Source of the DNA: Eledone cirrhosa
Taxonomy: Eukaryota
DNA length: 64,000 nt
Assembly: GCA_964016885.1 (NCBI GenBank)
Contig: OZ024740.1
Span: 223,262,001 to 223,326,000 of the forward strand
Direction of reading: 5' to 3'
Shown here: positions 1 through 13,999 of the stretch, in pieces
Numbering within the stretch: the stretch's first letter is position 1
Layout: every line of letters begins with the position of its first letter
Notes under the pieces: generated by a model
What the model was told of the DNA's origin: nothing
What the model saw: the letters and a program-made list of their open reading frames with translations, nothing else
The model's database searches: none
Translations under genes and position numbers: made by a program

Positions 1-1830
1 TCTTAAAAAAAGATGCCATGCCAACACCTACACATGGGAAAAATGATGTTAAAAATGTTGTTGCATGCTGGTGTCTACAATTTTCAAGTAATTTTGAAAT
101 AATCTGAAATTTGGAGGGATTTAGCAATGTAAGTAGCTTTCTCTTTAAGTTGATGTTCAGAGCATGACTTAAGAAAAGTTTTTACATAAAATCATGATGG
201 AAAGTTTTCCGATAAATATAAACATTTTAAAACAAACAGATTTGTATTGTAGAATCAGAGAGGGTTTCAAGCAGTTTAAAATCAAAAGGGTTAATTAGAA
301 GATTGTAGATATTCTTGTTACAATATTTCTCTATTATAAAAAGAAAACAATTTTTCTTTTGAAATGCTTCAATAACTCTATTTTGTCTGTATCGATAACA
401 TAATAATTATATTATATTATAATTGTATGGTTTTAAAGTAGAAGAACAGTTATCAAATAGTAAATGTGGGCAATATAAAGCAGTCATATGCTAGTATGGT
501 GCAAAGTAGTTGGGAAATTTCAATCTGATGGTGGGAAGGTCTGTAGTGGTTCAAGAGAAAAGGCAAATATTTTTGTATGAATATGAGTTAAACTACTGTA
601 TATAATCTTGTATATGTTGTACAGATAAATAAGTCACACCTACATTTTGCATACAGTATTTACAACCATTATCATAATCATTATCATTTTACAGCAGTTT
701 TCTTTGTTGACATGGGTTGAGCAGATTGTCACAGTCTAAGACTAGATGAGTTAAATTAACATGTCATTCTCATACATTACATATTTTTATATGCTTTCTA
801 CAGCTGGATGCCCTTCATAATGCTTGCCACTATACAGAATGTAGTGGGTGTATTTTATCATGGTACTAGCACTGTTAACTTATAGAGTGTGCTGGGTGCA
901 ATGTACCATATATTTTGAATGTAGGCTTTGTATGTCTATTCACTCTATGATCATGTTGCATCCAGCCAAAGGAAACATGTCAAAACTAGAATGTACAAGA
1001 ATGACAGGTTTTTCCAGCCTGCCCAGCCTTAAACTTGATATACCCATTCAGCCCATCCCAGCATTGATAGCAAGTACGACATGATGATGATGATGATGAG
1101 TGTAAAATCAAATGACAATGATAATGATGATGATAACAATGGGAGTTGGATATTTCAGTGATATTGAGTTATGAATTAAATAATTAAATATTCATATACT
1201 CTAAATGCACCTACAACCAGATGCCCTATAGAGGTCACTGAAGGACATATCAGATTATACCTTCAAATGCAATCAGGCTTCCCTGAAAGAAGGCAGAGAT
1301 AGCCAACAAATTTTGGTGTGTCTCCATATAAATTCCATCCTCTTGTTCCAGTTCCTTATCAGTAAAATTATTTGCAGAAAGTGACCCAGATAATTATAGA
1401 GCTTGTATTGTTAATGATAATGACACTGATTGGGATGTCACAAATGATTCACCCTTAGTCCTGAGGTGATGGACATTAACTCTACTTCAATAATTGCATT
1501 ATTGTCAAGTAATTTTCTTTACTTGTTTCCATTGATGAGAATGTGTTCCACTAAAATTCTGTAGAAATTTTTTTTTGTGTTATGAGAATATTGTTAAAGC
1601 CAGTAATATTTGATAATATCAACTAATTAGCAACAAATCAGGTATTAATATTTGGCAGAAAAAATATATATAACATCTAAATATTAACTGCAATTTAATC
1701 AATAAATGTAAAGGATGTTATTCACATTAGTATTCTTTTGTTAAGATGAACAAAATAATAGAGTTAAAATTAACAAAAGGTTAATTTAGAATGGAACATA
1801 TTTGAAATAACACAATATTACCCAAAGCAT

Positions 1831-2038
1831 GAGGGAGTGCTGAAAAGTTCCTAGCTTTCGGTAAAAGAAAATGTAGGAGGATCAGTTAATATTCAACATA
1901 TAGCCCTCTCGGATTCACACACTTATTGCAGAAGTCCTTTAGTTTTTCTAAGCCCTGTCAAATGAACTCGGAATGTTGGGCTTCCAACCAGTCTCTGTAG
2001 CAGCAATCAAGCCAGAAACTTTTCAGCCCCAGCCCTCG
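1831..2038. mobile_element. Mariner-derived MITE
   Basis: Terminal inverted repeats GAGGGAGTGCTGAAAAGTTCCTAGCTT / AAGCCAGAAACTTTTCAGCCCCAGCCCTC. Confidence 0.7.
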
Positions 2039-2964
2039 AATATTTGGTATAGTAACAATGTTGAATAACTCCTATAAATGAAAATATCAATATAAATGTG
2101 TTTTTGATTCTATTATGTTCAGTCCTTGTTAGGAATTTTTTAATAATCTTCAATTATGTATATCACAATAAATTATTTATTTGCAACATACTTATTATCA
2201 GTCCCTTTTATATAAATAAATTGTTATGAAGAATATCTGTTAACTGCTAGTATGATCTGTGTAGGTTAACAGTCTGAGGAAAATAGCTAAGATTTAGATA
2301 AATAACCTTGTAAGAAATGCTCCTTCTAATTTTCCCAATTATTGCATGGAAAACGTTTGCTGTGTGCAGCAACATTTTGACATAAATAACAATAGTATGA
2401 TGCTCTGTATACGTGATTTGATTCATATACATGAGTGTGAGTCCATGAAACATATACATATACACAAGGTCTGAACAGAAGAGAACCAAACTCCCACTGT
2501 CACTGCTTCCATCCCTCCAGCTCTCCCCATCTCTCACAATTATGAGCAAACAGGGCCGACATACTGGCCACCTCATTGTCCTGGCAGACAAAATGGAGTA
2601 GGCATTTTCCCAGTGGATCATGAGGGGAATGCACTGGAAGAGCCATTCCAGCTTGCGTGTGAGGCAAACCATAATATGTGACACCCATTAAGTGACTGCC
2701 CAGCCAAACGCCTACACAGCACAGAGGAATGTTGCTTGAAAGTGTTAATTAAAAAATGGCTAGTATTTAAATCTCATTTTCTAAGTACATTCGTATATTT
2801 TGTCTCACATTAGTGTTTACAAAGTCTCATATCACTTCACATAATAATACTAAAAAATTAATGAATGTATATATTCATGTGTAAGTCACCACCTTTCCAT
2901 GAATTAACTGTTATATCAAGCTTCTACTATAATAATTAGCAGCATTATGAGTTTTTATATCAAG

Positions 2965-3310
2965 ACCAACTTCATTAGATGTGCTATGTAAATGTGAGAG
3001 AAAGACACAGCATGGATGAACTTAAAGAGAAACTAGGAACCCAAAGTGGGGTGCAAGACAGGAGATTGCAATGGTGCAGACGGGTGATGTGTATGGATAA
3101 TGATTGCTGGGTGAAGAAGTGTCACAAAATCCAAGTGAAAGGAAGCTATGGTAGAGGTGGAGGTGGTGAGAGCTGATCTGAAATTGCTGATATTCACAGA
3201 GGAAATGATGAAGGAATGCAGCATATGTAGAGATGCTGTGCTGAAAAGGATCCGGCCAATGCATGCAAGCATGGAAAAACCAATGTAAAATTGACGATGA
3301 TGAATGATGT
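2965..3310 (+). mobile_element. RTE LINE 3' fragment
   Basis: MCYVNVRERHSMDELKEKLG...VQDRRLQWC followed by the CATGCAAGCATGGAAA...GATGATGA tail. Confidence 0.75.
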
Positions 3311-3913
3311 TTCTTAACGAAGATGAATTAGTTTTTCTTAGCGATCTAAAATAATAATATTAAAAGAAGCTAAATTAAGAAAACCCATATTCAGAATCTA
3401 AAGAATACACGTTCCTCTAACAATAGAATATTTCTTTAAGAGATTTTATTTAATCTCGTAACTCCTGGGGAAGTCATAGGTATGCCATATTGACATACAG
3501 TGTTTCTAGGACATTTTAAAACCTGGCGAAACACATTTCCTCTCTATGTCTGAATACAGCTGATTTCTTCTAGAGAAGGATAGAAAGAGCGAAAGAATGA
3601 AAATGAGAAAGAGACGCAGAGGAAGACTGGTACTTTTTTATCGACCTCGAAAGGATAAAAAGCAAAGTTGACCTCAGCAGCATTTGGACTAAAAAAGCAG
3701 AGAGCCAAAGTGAATACTGCAAAGCATTCCATCCGGTGTTCTAAAGATTCTGCCAATTTGCCATTAAGAGATTTCAGCCACTTTAAAATGTTTACTTGTG
3801 TTGTTTTGTCTTAACCCTTTCATGACTACATTTGTGTTAATTTTGAAAATAATAGAGAATTCAAAGTGATTTACATAATTTCCCCATTATTAACCTGGCG
3901 TTTGGAAAACAAC

Positions 3914-3959
3914 TTAATGAAGGACATATATAAATTAATTTATATATGTCCTTCATTAA
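3914..3959. repeat. Perfect 46-bp palindrome
   Basis: TTAATGAAGGACATATATAAATT|AATTTATATATGTCCTTCATTAA. Confidence 0.95.
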
Positions 3960-4194
3960 CCTTATATAAATAGATGATTATTTTCTAATTAATTAATACA
4001 TTTATTCATTTAAGTCTTGGTGTCAGTAAAAAACATCCAATGTTGTATATATATATCATCATCATCATCATCATCGTTTAACGTCCGTGTTCCACGCTTG
4101 CATATATATATATAATAAAAGAGCACATTCTGATTTTTTTTTTAGAGGCTATTACAATATTTCCAGACTTAAAAAAGGATTCCTACATAAATAA

Positions 4195-4602
4195 TACTGA
4201 TCAACAAAATTTTCTTTCTGCTGGCCTAAGTTTAAGACCTGTTCTTGAGTTATTTTGGACAGCTGAGTTTTAAAATGACAATACTTTTTTTTCTATCAAA
4301 TCAAGTGTTTTATCTATGGCCTTGTCCATATTGGCCCAACCCACCGACAAAAGATAGCAAACTGGTCAACAAAATTTTGCTTCTTTTTTTCTGCTGACCA
4401 AATTTTGAGACCTGTTCTTGAGTAATTTGGGTCCTCTGAGTTTACAAATACAATACTGTTTTTCTATCAGGCCACGTTTTTACTTGGTCAACATCTGATG
4501 AGTTAGGAAAAAATGGATGCCATATTTGAAATTGGTATCTCAAAATTAGCTAAAAACAACAACAAAACCTAAGTCAGCAAAAAGTGTGTTGACCAGTGTA
4601 AT
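4195..4602. mobile_element. Non-autonomous DNA transposon remnant with duplicated left end (possibly CMC/Chapaev-like)
   Basis: ACTG(A/G)TCAACAAAATTTT at about 4196 and 4361 (diverged ~165-bp duplication) and inverted TGTTGACCAGTGT at 4587-4599. Confidence 0.5.
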
Positions 4603-7600
4603 TGATGAAATGGTTTAATTTAAATTTCAACTCTTTAAATGTGTGGTTTTGTATCATAGAGCCAGATGTGATCCTAGGTAGGTTGGTATCAAAATGCTTA
4701 ATCAGGACAAAACACAGAAAGAGATCAACAAGGTCCATATAAAAGCCAAATAGAAGCCTGTCCTGTTCCATAAAACGATGTTGGGTTGTGAACCTACTAT
4801 AATAGATTCTATAAAACTTATGTCTGCTGTGCATCAAACACGATGAGATTCTTCTATTTTCACAGCATTAAGCATCTGGATTTCAAGACATAACAACAGA
4901 CTGGACAGCAAATTAGCTAGAACATACAATAAATGTTTCATCAAAATACTGAAACAGAGTATGTAATGTAGTCCCAGACCAGACCGGAATACATATTTTA
5001 TAAATTCTTCTCAATAATAACTTCAAATATTCTTATGACAATGTCTTAAAAGTAAAAAAGACTGTCTGTGTATCTATCTATCTGTCTCTCCCTCTCCATA
5101 CACACGCATGTGTATATATATGTGTATGTGTGTGTGTGTGTGTGTGCATATGCATGTAAAAAGTAAAAGGAAAACAACACAGCAAATGATACAGTAAGAT
5201 ATATATATTAGTTTAACACTTGATATAGTAGGATAGGAAAAAAATTCAATGTTCTTCATCAGAATATAAGAAAGAGAAATAAAGGAATAAATAGATAGAG
5301 GAGAATGAGAGGAGGAAGAAATAGAAAAAGAAATTGGGAGAAAAAGCATGTGTGTTCAGTTTGTCATTATATCTAGAATATATGAATCATGTGTCTTGGT
5401 TTGTAGTATCATCTTTATCACCATTAAACGTCCATTTTTCCATGCTGGCATGGGTTAGACTAGTTAACCTGTTGTGAGCACTGCTAGGTCAGGAGACCAT
5501 GTCATGCTCATACAGAACCGATTTTAGCTTGGTTTCTAAGCTGAAAGCCCTTCCCAGTGCTAACCTCGTTTACAATTAGTACTGGGTGATTTTTGTTGTG
5601 ATGCCTACAGGACCACTTTAGAGTATGGGCTGGGTGCTTTTTGCCATGTCATCATCACGGCCACTTTACAGTGTGTGCTGGGCGCTTTTTGTTGTGTCGC
5701 CATTATGACCACTTTACAGTGTGGGCTGGATACTTCTTAGTATAAAGGGTGATGAATTAGTAGAATCTCGGATATGACAATGTAGTGTATTTTCATGCTT
5801 TTTACATTTTGAGTTAAAATCACACATAGGTTAACTTTATCTTTCATCCTTCCAGAGGCAGCGACATAAAGTACCAATCATAAAATGGAGTTTATTTGCC
5901 CTTCCTCCAAATTATCTGGATTTTACTTAAATTAGAAATTAATATTTCTAGATAATAGTAATTAGTTCAATGTCCAATAATAATTTTTGTTTTAAAACAC
6001 TAAAAGCAGGAAGTATTTTGTTGGATGCAAATTTGAATGCTTATGTTATCTGTGTTCCATAACTTTAAACTTACGTTTGGTATTCCTAAAACTTCTGTAG
6101 CTAGAAAGTATTGTTTGTTATTGCTCTTTGTCATATTTCTCATGTTTGATGTGTTAAATGACATTGAGCTTGTATACAGTTTGTGTGTTTTAGTTTACTT
6201 ATGTCCCATTCTTACATAGTTATTAAGAGCATCTGTGATAATTTGCTTTTGTAAACAGTATATTTTCTGTGTAAAAAGATCTGTTTATTTTTCAAGAATA
6301 TCACACAATGGGAAAAAGCAGACTTCATAACATTTTCATGACCATATTTCTAATGAAATACATTGCATTTGAATTAACCAATGTAGAAAGATTTACTATA
6401 ATTATTAATTATTCCTTTATTAAAATGGTATTTGTAACATATTTTAACAAAAAGTTGTGTCAAATTGTGTCAAAGATTTTACTTTAAGAATGGACCTTTG
6501 AAATAGTTAGTTTTGTTTCATATAAAAAGAAGCAATTTTTGGGTGGTTTGGTATCAAAATTATTGATGTAAATTTTAGGTTGAATTAATATGACTGAGTT
6601 GAATATTTGAATTAGTCACAATTCATCTGATGAGCTTTCCCAGAGATTTTGCCAAGTCGATTTCACTCATGAGGTTTGTGTTGACTCAAGGTTATGGCAA
6701 AGACAGTTTCTCAAGATGCTTCACTGTGGAATCTAAACTGGCACCTTAATATTACAACATAAACTTCTTAACCACTCAGCCATGCATTCGTCCTCATCAT
6801 TACAGCACCATTTATTCAACTAGGCAGAAAATTGGCAAAGTTATTAGAGTGTTGGATTAAATGCCTAAGTATCATTTTCTGAGCTCTGAACCCAACTTTA
6901 CCTTTCGTCCTTTTGAGGTCAATAAATAAAGTACCAGTTCGCAGAAAGTGTATTGACATTCTTTTTAAAGAGTTGTACAGCATGAGTTGTGCTTGATTTG
7001 GCTCTGACACTGAGTTCAAATCTCACCTACCTCTGTCTGTGCAGAGTTGCAACCAGCAGATAATATCACTAATGAAAAGACCAATGGAAGCATAATTCCC
7101 TCGGTTTGATTTGATGATCGCTTCCTTTCATTTATAAAAAAACTGTAACACATATCCAATCATCTCTATACCAATAAGCTGACTACCATCACAACTGCTG
7201 CTACTTTAGCTATTCCGCTGTCTAAAACAATTATAATTAACAACAATAGCTTTTTTTTACCATTTCTCTATGGGGGCTTGTATTACTCATGTAAAGTGGT
7301 AAATCAAATGGAGATATCCTTTAATTACATGATTCTGTAGATAAGATATATTATATCTATTTGTTTATAGACAAGTGTATGAAAACAACACAAATAAAGC
7401 ATGAGATAGAATTAAGGGTTGTGGTATTATCATTGCTGGCATTGTATCAGTAATTCCACTATATACCATCTCATTGTTTATATTTGTAAATTTGTGCATG
7501 CATATGTGTGTGTTATTGTGTGTGCATGTGTGTGCAGCTTGAGTAGCTATGCAATGTGTATGAAAATATGATTTCCAAGATAAAAATAACATACTACCAC

Positions 7601-7674
7601 CACCATTATCACTATTTCTACTACTAATACTATACCCGATTTTATTGTGCTTGTATTTATAAATTTGTGTGGGC

Positions 7675-7939
7675 ATGTATATATGTGTGGATGTGTATGT
7701 ATGTGTGTGTATATATATGTATGTATATATGTATGTATATATATATATGTATTTATATGTGTATATATATGTGTATGTATGTGTGTGTGTATATATATAT
7801 ATATGTACATATATGTATGTATGTACGTATGTATTTAATGTAGATATGCAATGTGTGTGATAATATAGTTTCCATGATAAAAATAACATACTACCACCAC
7901 CACCACTATTATCACTACTACTAATACTAATACTACATT

Positions 7940-7983
<44 letters not shown>

Positions 7984-8015
7984 ACACTACATCCACTACT
8001 ACCACCATTACTACT
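7675..8015. repeat. TA/TG microsatellite and (CTA)n/(CCA)n trinucleotide tract inside an old tandem duplication
   Basis: ATGCAATGTGT...GATAAAAATAACATACTACCACCACC occurs at about 7549 and 7846. Confidence 0.85.
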
Positions 8016-8926
8016 CCTTGGCACAAGGCCATAAAAATAATAATGATGATGAAGATTTTGTATATTTTGTACACAGGAAAGAATTTATCAGAAGAGGAAT
8101 ATACTTTATTGAATGGTACTACATTATCAACACTGGAAGAATGAACTCAAGATAAATGATAACTTCGTTTTCTTAGAGTTCTGTGTTATTATTATAAAAC
8201 AGGACTCTAAGAACAAGAAAGAAAATATTCAGAACATCTGAGTTGCCAAGGAACCTATGTCTCCATTGGTCTTTATATTGCTCATTACTCCAGAATACAG
8301 AATACCCAGTTTGAAATCATTATGCAGAGAGCCAGAACAAATATCACAACGCATCCCATCTAATGTATTAACCTTCTACTGCCCCTGGATTGATACTTTA
8401 TCAGCCCCAAAAGGATGAATCAGAAAATTAACTTCAGCAGTATTTGAATTTGTAGTAACAAACTTTGAACAATTACCAAAGAATGTTGAGTGAAATAAAA
8501 AAAAAAAAACATTTGATAGTGATGTTATTCACGATGTCAGAGCCTCTTTGATTATTTGCAATGTTAAATTAGGGTGGAAAAGGCAAAGCCTTTGACCCTT
8601 GTCAGAATTCCATGACTGGTAGAACAAGGATCAAATGCTTGCAACAGAGTTAACTCCACTAGTCACCAAATGATCAAGTAGTGGTGTTAAAGTAGGCAGT
8701 GGATTCATTATACCACATTTGTAGGCCACTAAGATTTAAAAGAGTTGGAATAAATGTCTAACACTCCACTAATCCACTTCATTATGGTACTTTATTTTAT
8801 AAGCCACAATAGGATGAATGGCTAAGATGATCTTACGAGTTGAATTCAAGAATCCAGAGGACTCGTACTAACGGCATATATATACAGCTTGCAATAATGA
8901 ATTACAGGCATTCAAATTAAACAAAT

Positions 8927-8996
8927 AAGAATAGAACATAAAGTAACCAAAAGAATAGAACATAATGTAACCAAAAGAATAGAACATAAAGTAACC
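8927..8996. repeat. 24-bp tandem repeat x3
   Basis: AAGAATAGAACATAAAGTAACCAA at 8927, 8951 and 8975. Confidence 0.9.
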
Positions 8997-9295
8997 TTAT
9001 ACAATGCCTATGTTATGTAACATACCAAACATGAGATACAATTACAAGCAGTAATAAAAACAATATTTTGGGGCCCATAAATTTTAGGGAATGACAATAC
9101 TGAGTTTCAAGCTATGAAACACTTGTAACCTGAGCATTAAAAGTGGTGTCCTCTCAAATAGTTGAAGCCCCTTCCCAACTACTTGCATCATACTGCCAGT
9201 GTCCATCAAATTAAAAAAAAATTACTAAAAGATGATGAACTAAAAACCAATAACTAACCATATCACATAGATGCTACACCTGGAACAAATATATA

Positions 9296-9378
9296 TACAG
9301 GATGTCCCAAAAAATGTATACACACTGCAACAGCATTCTAATAAAAGTGTGTATACATTTTCTGGGACATCCTGAGTG
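9296..9378. mobile_element. Tc1-like mini-MITE (TIRs only)
   Basis: CAGGATGTCCCAAAAAATGTATACACACT / AGTGTGTATACATTTTCTGGGACATCCTG within a TA run. Confidence 0.7.
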
Positions 9379-9807
9379 TATATATATATATCTCAAAATG
9401 AGGTTGATTAACATGGTAGCTTCCTTGAGAATATCAATCCACCCAAAAATAACAAAACACACACAAGCATACACACACATAACTGCAGAGTAGCAGATGA
9501 AAAGAGTGATTGAAAATCTAACATTGACAATAAAGAACGTAGAAAAAAAAACTAACCCTAATAAAATAGATCAATGGAAAGGAATTCCCACAACGCAAAT
9601 AAATAATAAAAAAGAACTTCTCTCTCCAGAAACAACATGTACTAATTTACAAAGTAGACATAGCAGTATTGAGGGATGATGGGTTTGATATAGTATCACT
9701 ACACATCTAATTCCACCAAAATACAGCAGAGTCAGGTAAGCCACAACCCTATACTTTTGAGAAGACAAACTTACCTCAAGTTCTTTTATTCTGTTCTGTT
9801 ACTTGTT

Positions 9808-10060
9808 CATGAAGATACATGCCTTAGTGGTAAGAGAGTTGGATTCACAATTGTGAGGTTGCGAGTTTGATTCATGGACTGGGCAATGCATTATCTCCTT
9901 GAGAAAGCCACTTCATTTCCCAATGCCCTCTACCAGGAGTTGTGATCAGTAGATAGTATCGAGAATAGGGAAACCAATGAAAACATTATTTCTTTGGTTC
10001 TATTTGATGAGTTCCACCCAACTCCATAAGAATATGAGGCCTGAGATCTTGTGAATTATC
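9808..10060 (+). mobile_element. Second SINE family copy with 8-bp TSD
   Basis: Homologous to 56258-56470; TACTTGTT on both sides (9800-9807 and 10061-10068). Confidence 0.65.
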
Positions 10061-10659
10061 TACTTGTTAGTATATTTTGTACACTCATATGTATTTAGCA
10101 CTGATTCATAAAATATTTAGAGCATAATTTGAAATGGCTGCATACATTTTACATATTGCCTGGACCAATTACCAGCTGAGCAGAGTTCTTCATTTTACAT
10201 CTGGCCTGGACCTATTACCCAGCTAGGTGGGATGCTAAAATTATACATTTAGCTTGAGCTATGACCAAGGCACCACACTAATGTTTAACCCAGTCCTTCT
10301 CCCACAGAAATTCAGCCCTCTGAAATTCCCCTTTTGACAATTCCTTTTCCTTCAGACAGACATGAGTAATGTCAATATCAGTGGCATTGGAGGTCTGGCA
10401 AAAGCTATGATCCCGATACCTTTTCCAGACCAAATCATTAAAAAACAAATATATAAACAATCACAAAAAATTGAAAATATCCAAACAATTAAAAATAAAA
10501 AGAATAGAAATAATAAATTCTAGCAAATACTTAAACAATGAGACATTTTGAAAGACCTGTGTGCTTCAATCAAAATCGGATATCTGAAATATATTCTGTA
10601 GGGACACCAACAAAAAATATTGAGCTAGAACAGAAAAATACTACCAACCAAAAAAAAAA

Positions 10660-10752
10660 AAAGGAAAATCAACATTAATTACATAAACCAAATAATCCCC
10701 TTCCCGAAAACTACAGTTCAATAACCTGTTCACTAAACAATATATGAATCCC

Positions 10753-10783
<31 letters not shown>

Positions 10784-11275
10784 GAGATACTCATACATTG
10801 TATTGCTGCCTACTCATCTGTGTATTTATTTATATATATATATATATGTATATACACACAAACATACACACACATTGTAATGCTGCTTACTCATCAGTAA
10901 AATAAAAATATGACCAGTTACTGAAGGCAGCAAAGAGAAAAATGAAAAAATAGAGCTTTGCATGGATTGATTACTGAAAAGACTTTGACATGATACTATA
11001 CCACTAGATATTGGAGATCATTGCACATAAATAAAGCTGCCTAAATATCAAGAGACAATATCAGTTTGACAATATCAAAATGAAAAACAGTAACAACACA
11101 GCAGTGCATCCTTATAAGAAGAGGAAGATTTCAGAGAGACACCTTATCCCCATTGATTTTATCTATATTTCCACTTCCATAAACAACATCTAAATCCAAC
11201 CACCAATGGTTTCAAATGCTATGAACAAACTATAAACCATCTACTCCATAAAATTGATTTAAGATTATTCACAAT
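10660..11275 (+). pseudogene. Fossil reverse transcriptase of an R4/Dong-like non-LTR element
   Basis: GKSTLI (10663), PENYSSITC (10703), SFAWIDY*KDFDMI (10954), IRRGRFQRDTLSPL (11114) and TINHLLHKIDLRLF (11229) in canonical RT order; interrupted by microsatellite 10752-10900. Confidence 0.7.
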
Positions 11276-11775
11276 AACAAGCGTCTTAAGGGCATATTCC
11301 ATGTAATTAAGGGCTCAGTTTCTGGGCCCTTTGACAGGCTTCATATGCATCATGGGATCCTTTTTTAGGCAACGTTTTATGGATAGATGCCCTTCCTAGC
11401 GTCAGCTCTTTTAGTTGCTTTTTACTATATGCAGGAATGTGTGTACAGAATTCTATGTTAATTGTAACCCTGATATTTCTTACTCTCTTGTGTACTTAAA
11501 ACTTTACAAGACAAATAATATATCAGGATCACAATTGACATAGAATTCTCAAGAATACCCACACACACATATAGAATATACCCACACACACATAGAAACA
11601 GGTCATATTAGACAGCAGGTCAGCTAAGTCAGTTAGCATAGCCCTACACTTTTGAGAAGACAGATTCACTTTAAGTTCTTTTATCTCTTCTTTTAATTGT
11701 TAGTACACTACAATATCATAGCTCATATGTATTTATCCCAACATACTAAAATATCTAAAGCACAATTTTAACTGT

Positions 11776-12110
11776 GTGCATACATTTTGCATCTGTCTTG
11801 GACCTAATACCAATTAGTAGGTGCATACATTTTACATCTGTCTTGGACCTAATACCAATTAGTGGGTGCATACATTTTACATCTGTCTTGGACCTAATAC
11901 CAATTAGTGGGTGCATACATTTTACATCTGTCTTGGACCTAATACCAATTAGTGGGTGCATACATTTTACATCTGTCTTGGACCTAATACCAATTAGTGG
12001 GTGCATACATTTTACATCTGTCTTGGACCTAATACCAATTAGTGGGTGCATACATTTTACATCTGTCTTGGACCTAATACCAATAAGTGGGTGCATCATT
12101 TACATCTGCT
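11776..12110. repeat. 45-bp minisatellite, 7 near-identical copies plus a partial copy
   Basis: Unit GTGCATACATTTTACATCTGTCTTGGACCTAATACCAATTAGTGG at 11776, 11821, 11866, 11911, 11956, 12001 and 12046. Confidence 0.97.
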
Positions 12111-12242
12111 TAGGGTTTATGGCCATCTTTACATAGTCTTACACAAACACACACATATTATATATATATAAGGTATGTACGTTTTTGTAAGACCATCTTT
12201 ACATGGTCTTACACAAACACACACACTATATATACATTTTGC

Positions 12243-12436
12243 CATAGATTGGCAGTATCAGTAGAGTGTTGGACAACATGCTTTGCAGCATAGAGTTAAA
12301 ATACTGCCTAGATTAGCTTTGCCTTGCATCCCTACGACAACAATAAAATAAAGTACCAGTAATGCACTAGGATAGATTTAATCAACTTCTCCCTCCTAAA
12401 AGATTGTTGGCCTTGTGCCTAAAGTAGAAACTATCA
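12243..12436 (+). mobile_element. tRNA-derived SINE
   Basis: TTGGCAGTATCAGTAGAG head, family body, GGCCTTGTGCCTAAAGTAGAAAC end. Confidence 0.8.
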
Positions 12437-13999
12437 TATATATATATATATATATATAAATATTTATAATCATCACCATTTAATGGCCATTTTTCTATGC
12501 TAGCATAAATTATACAAGTTGTCCCATTGTGAGACAAGCCAGATCAGATGACTGTGTGGGCTAATTATCTGGTGAAGAGTGGGGGAATTTGATGACTTAT
12601 GGAGTGTTAGGATGTGGAAGGTGTGTGGATGGTGTGTGGAATGGGGCGGAGTAATATGGGAAAGTGGTGCATACTAGATGTATGCTTCAGAAAACACAAA
12701 AACATACATCCATAAAGAATGTAAGATTGTATGTTTGTCGGTCAAATGCAGATAACTGTGTGAAAGAAAAATATTTCAATATAATTCTCTAAGATAAGAA
12801 TTGGTCAATTGAACTATTATGCCATTTGTCAATTCTGCAAATTTGATTGAAATATCTTTAAAAATATTCTATTGACCACCTTCCTAAAAATTTGATATAT
12901 CTGATAATCATAAAAGACCTCCTAGAAAATGTCATCCAAACGATGAAATAATTTTAATGTTATATTTCAAATTCAAAATAAATTTAAAAATATTTAATAA
13001 AGATAAATCAGAGAGGAAATTTATTTCATTTTGTTGCTTTGTCTCTTCAAAATGATTGAATATATTTTTTTAGTAGAAATTCACAAAAGAATTATAGGAT
13101 CTTACCAAATTGATTTCTTAATAAGAATACATTCAATGAGAAAATGTAAGAGAGACAGTAGCCACTTGAGGATATTTAGTAATTTATTTTTTCTATCATT
13201 CCTTGGAGAGTAGCTTTTATAATATATATATATATACAATGCTGCTATATGGTTCGTATTAATGCTATTTCTTTTTGCTTATAAATTTACCTGAAACAAA
13301 GTAATTTCTTCATACCAATTCTTATATGCTGGCGCCATTATCTCAGCCAAATACAGTTACAATTTTCTTTTCGAACATCACTGGAGAATATTTAAGGATG
13401 ATTCATGTACATTATCGACTTAGTGCTTCCCTCTAAGCTTACCATTCAATTTGCATTTCCCTAAAGATGAAATTGATAATGAAAAATATTACTCTATGAG
13501 ACATTGTAGGTCACGTTTTAAAAACTAACTATAATGCTTTACTTTTAGTCAGCCTACTTCTTCATGTATAAAATTTAGTAAATATCAGGAGATTAACGTC
13601 TCTGTAACAAAAATGAAACTTTTGAAATTAATTCTAGCATTAGTTATATTACCCATTTGGGTGATAAAAATATAATTTTGTCTTTGGAAAGCATTGATTG
13701 TATTGACTTGTGATGAAACAACCTTTCAACAGAAAATGAAGCTTTCAAAGGTTCATGTTTGACATAATTATATTTTATTATTATTTTAATCTTTAGTTGT
13801 GTGAAGGGTATGACACTCTCTCAATTGTTAGTGATATACATGATATACACCCCCGATGCTCTCTGTAAAGTGATTGGTGATTGGCTATGACTAGATATCC
13901 AGCCTAACAGGAACAAGAGAACTGTACAGATATTTTGAGGATATGATAATATTTCTAGTGCTGGTACCACCATCAATTATGATTGTTAAATGATGATGA

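Noticed and set aside
4490-4520. CTGATGAG...GAAA hammerhead-like string
   Set aside because: No stem II or III and no cleavage triplet; it lies in a DNA-transposon subterminal region.
11776-12110. 45-bp array as a CRISPR array, or as coding repeat ORFs 11755-12099 / 11774-12136
   Set aside because: Units are contiguous and near-identical with no unique spacers, no cas genes, and a eukaryotic context. The ORFs follow from a stop-free unit whose length is divisible by 3.
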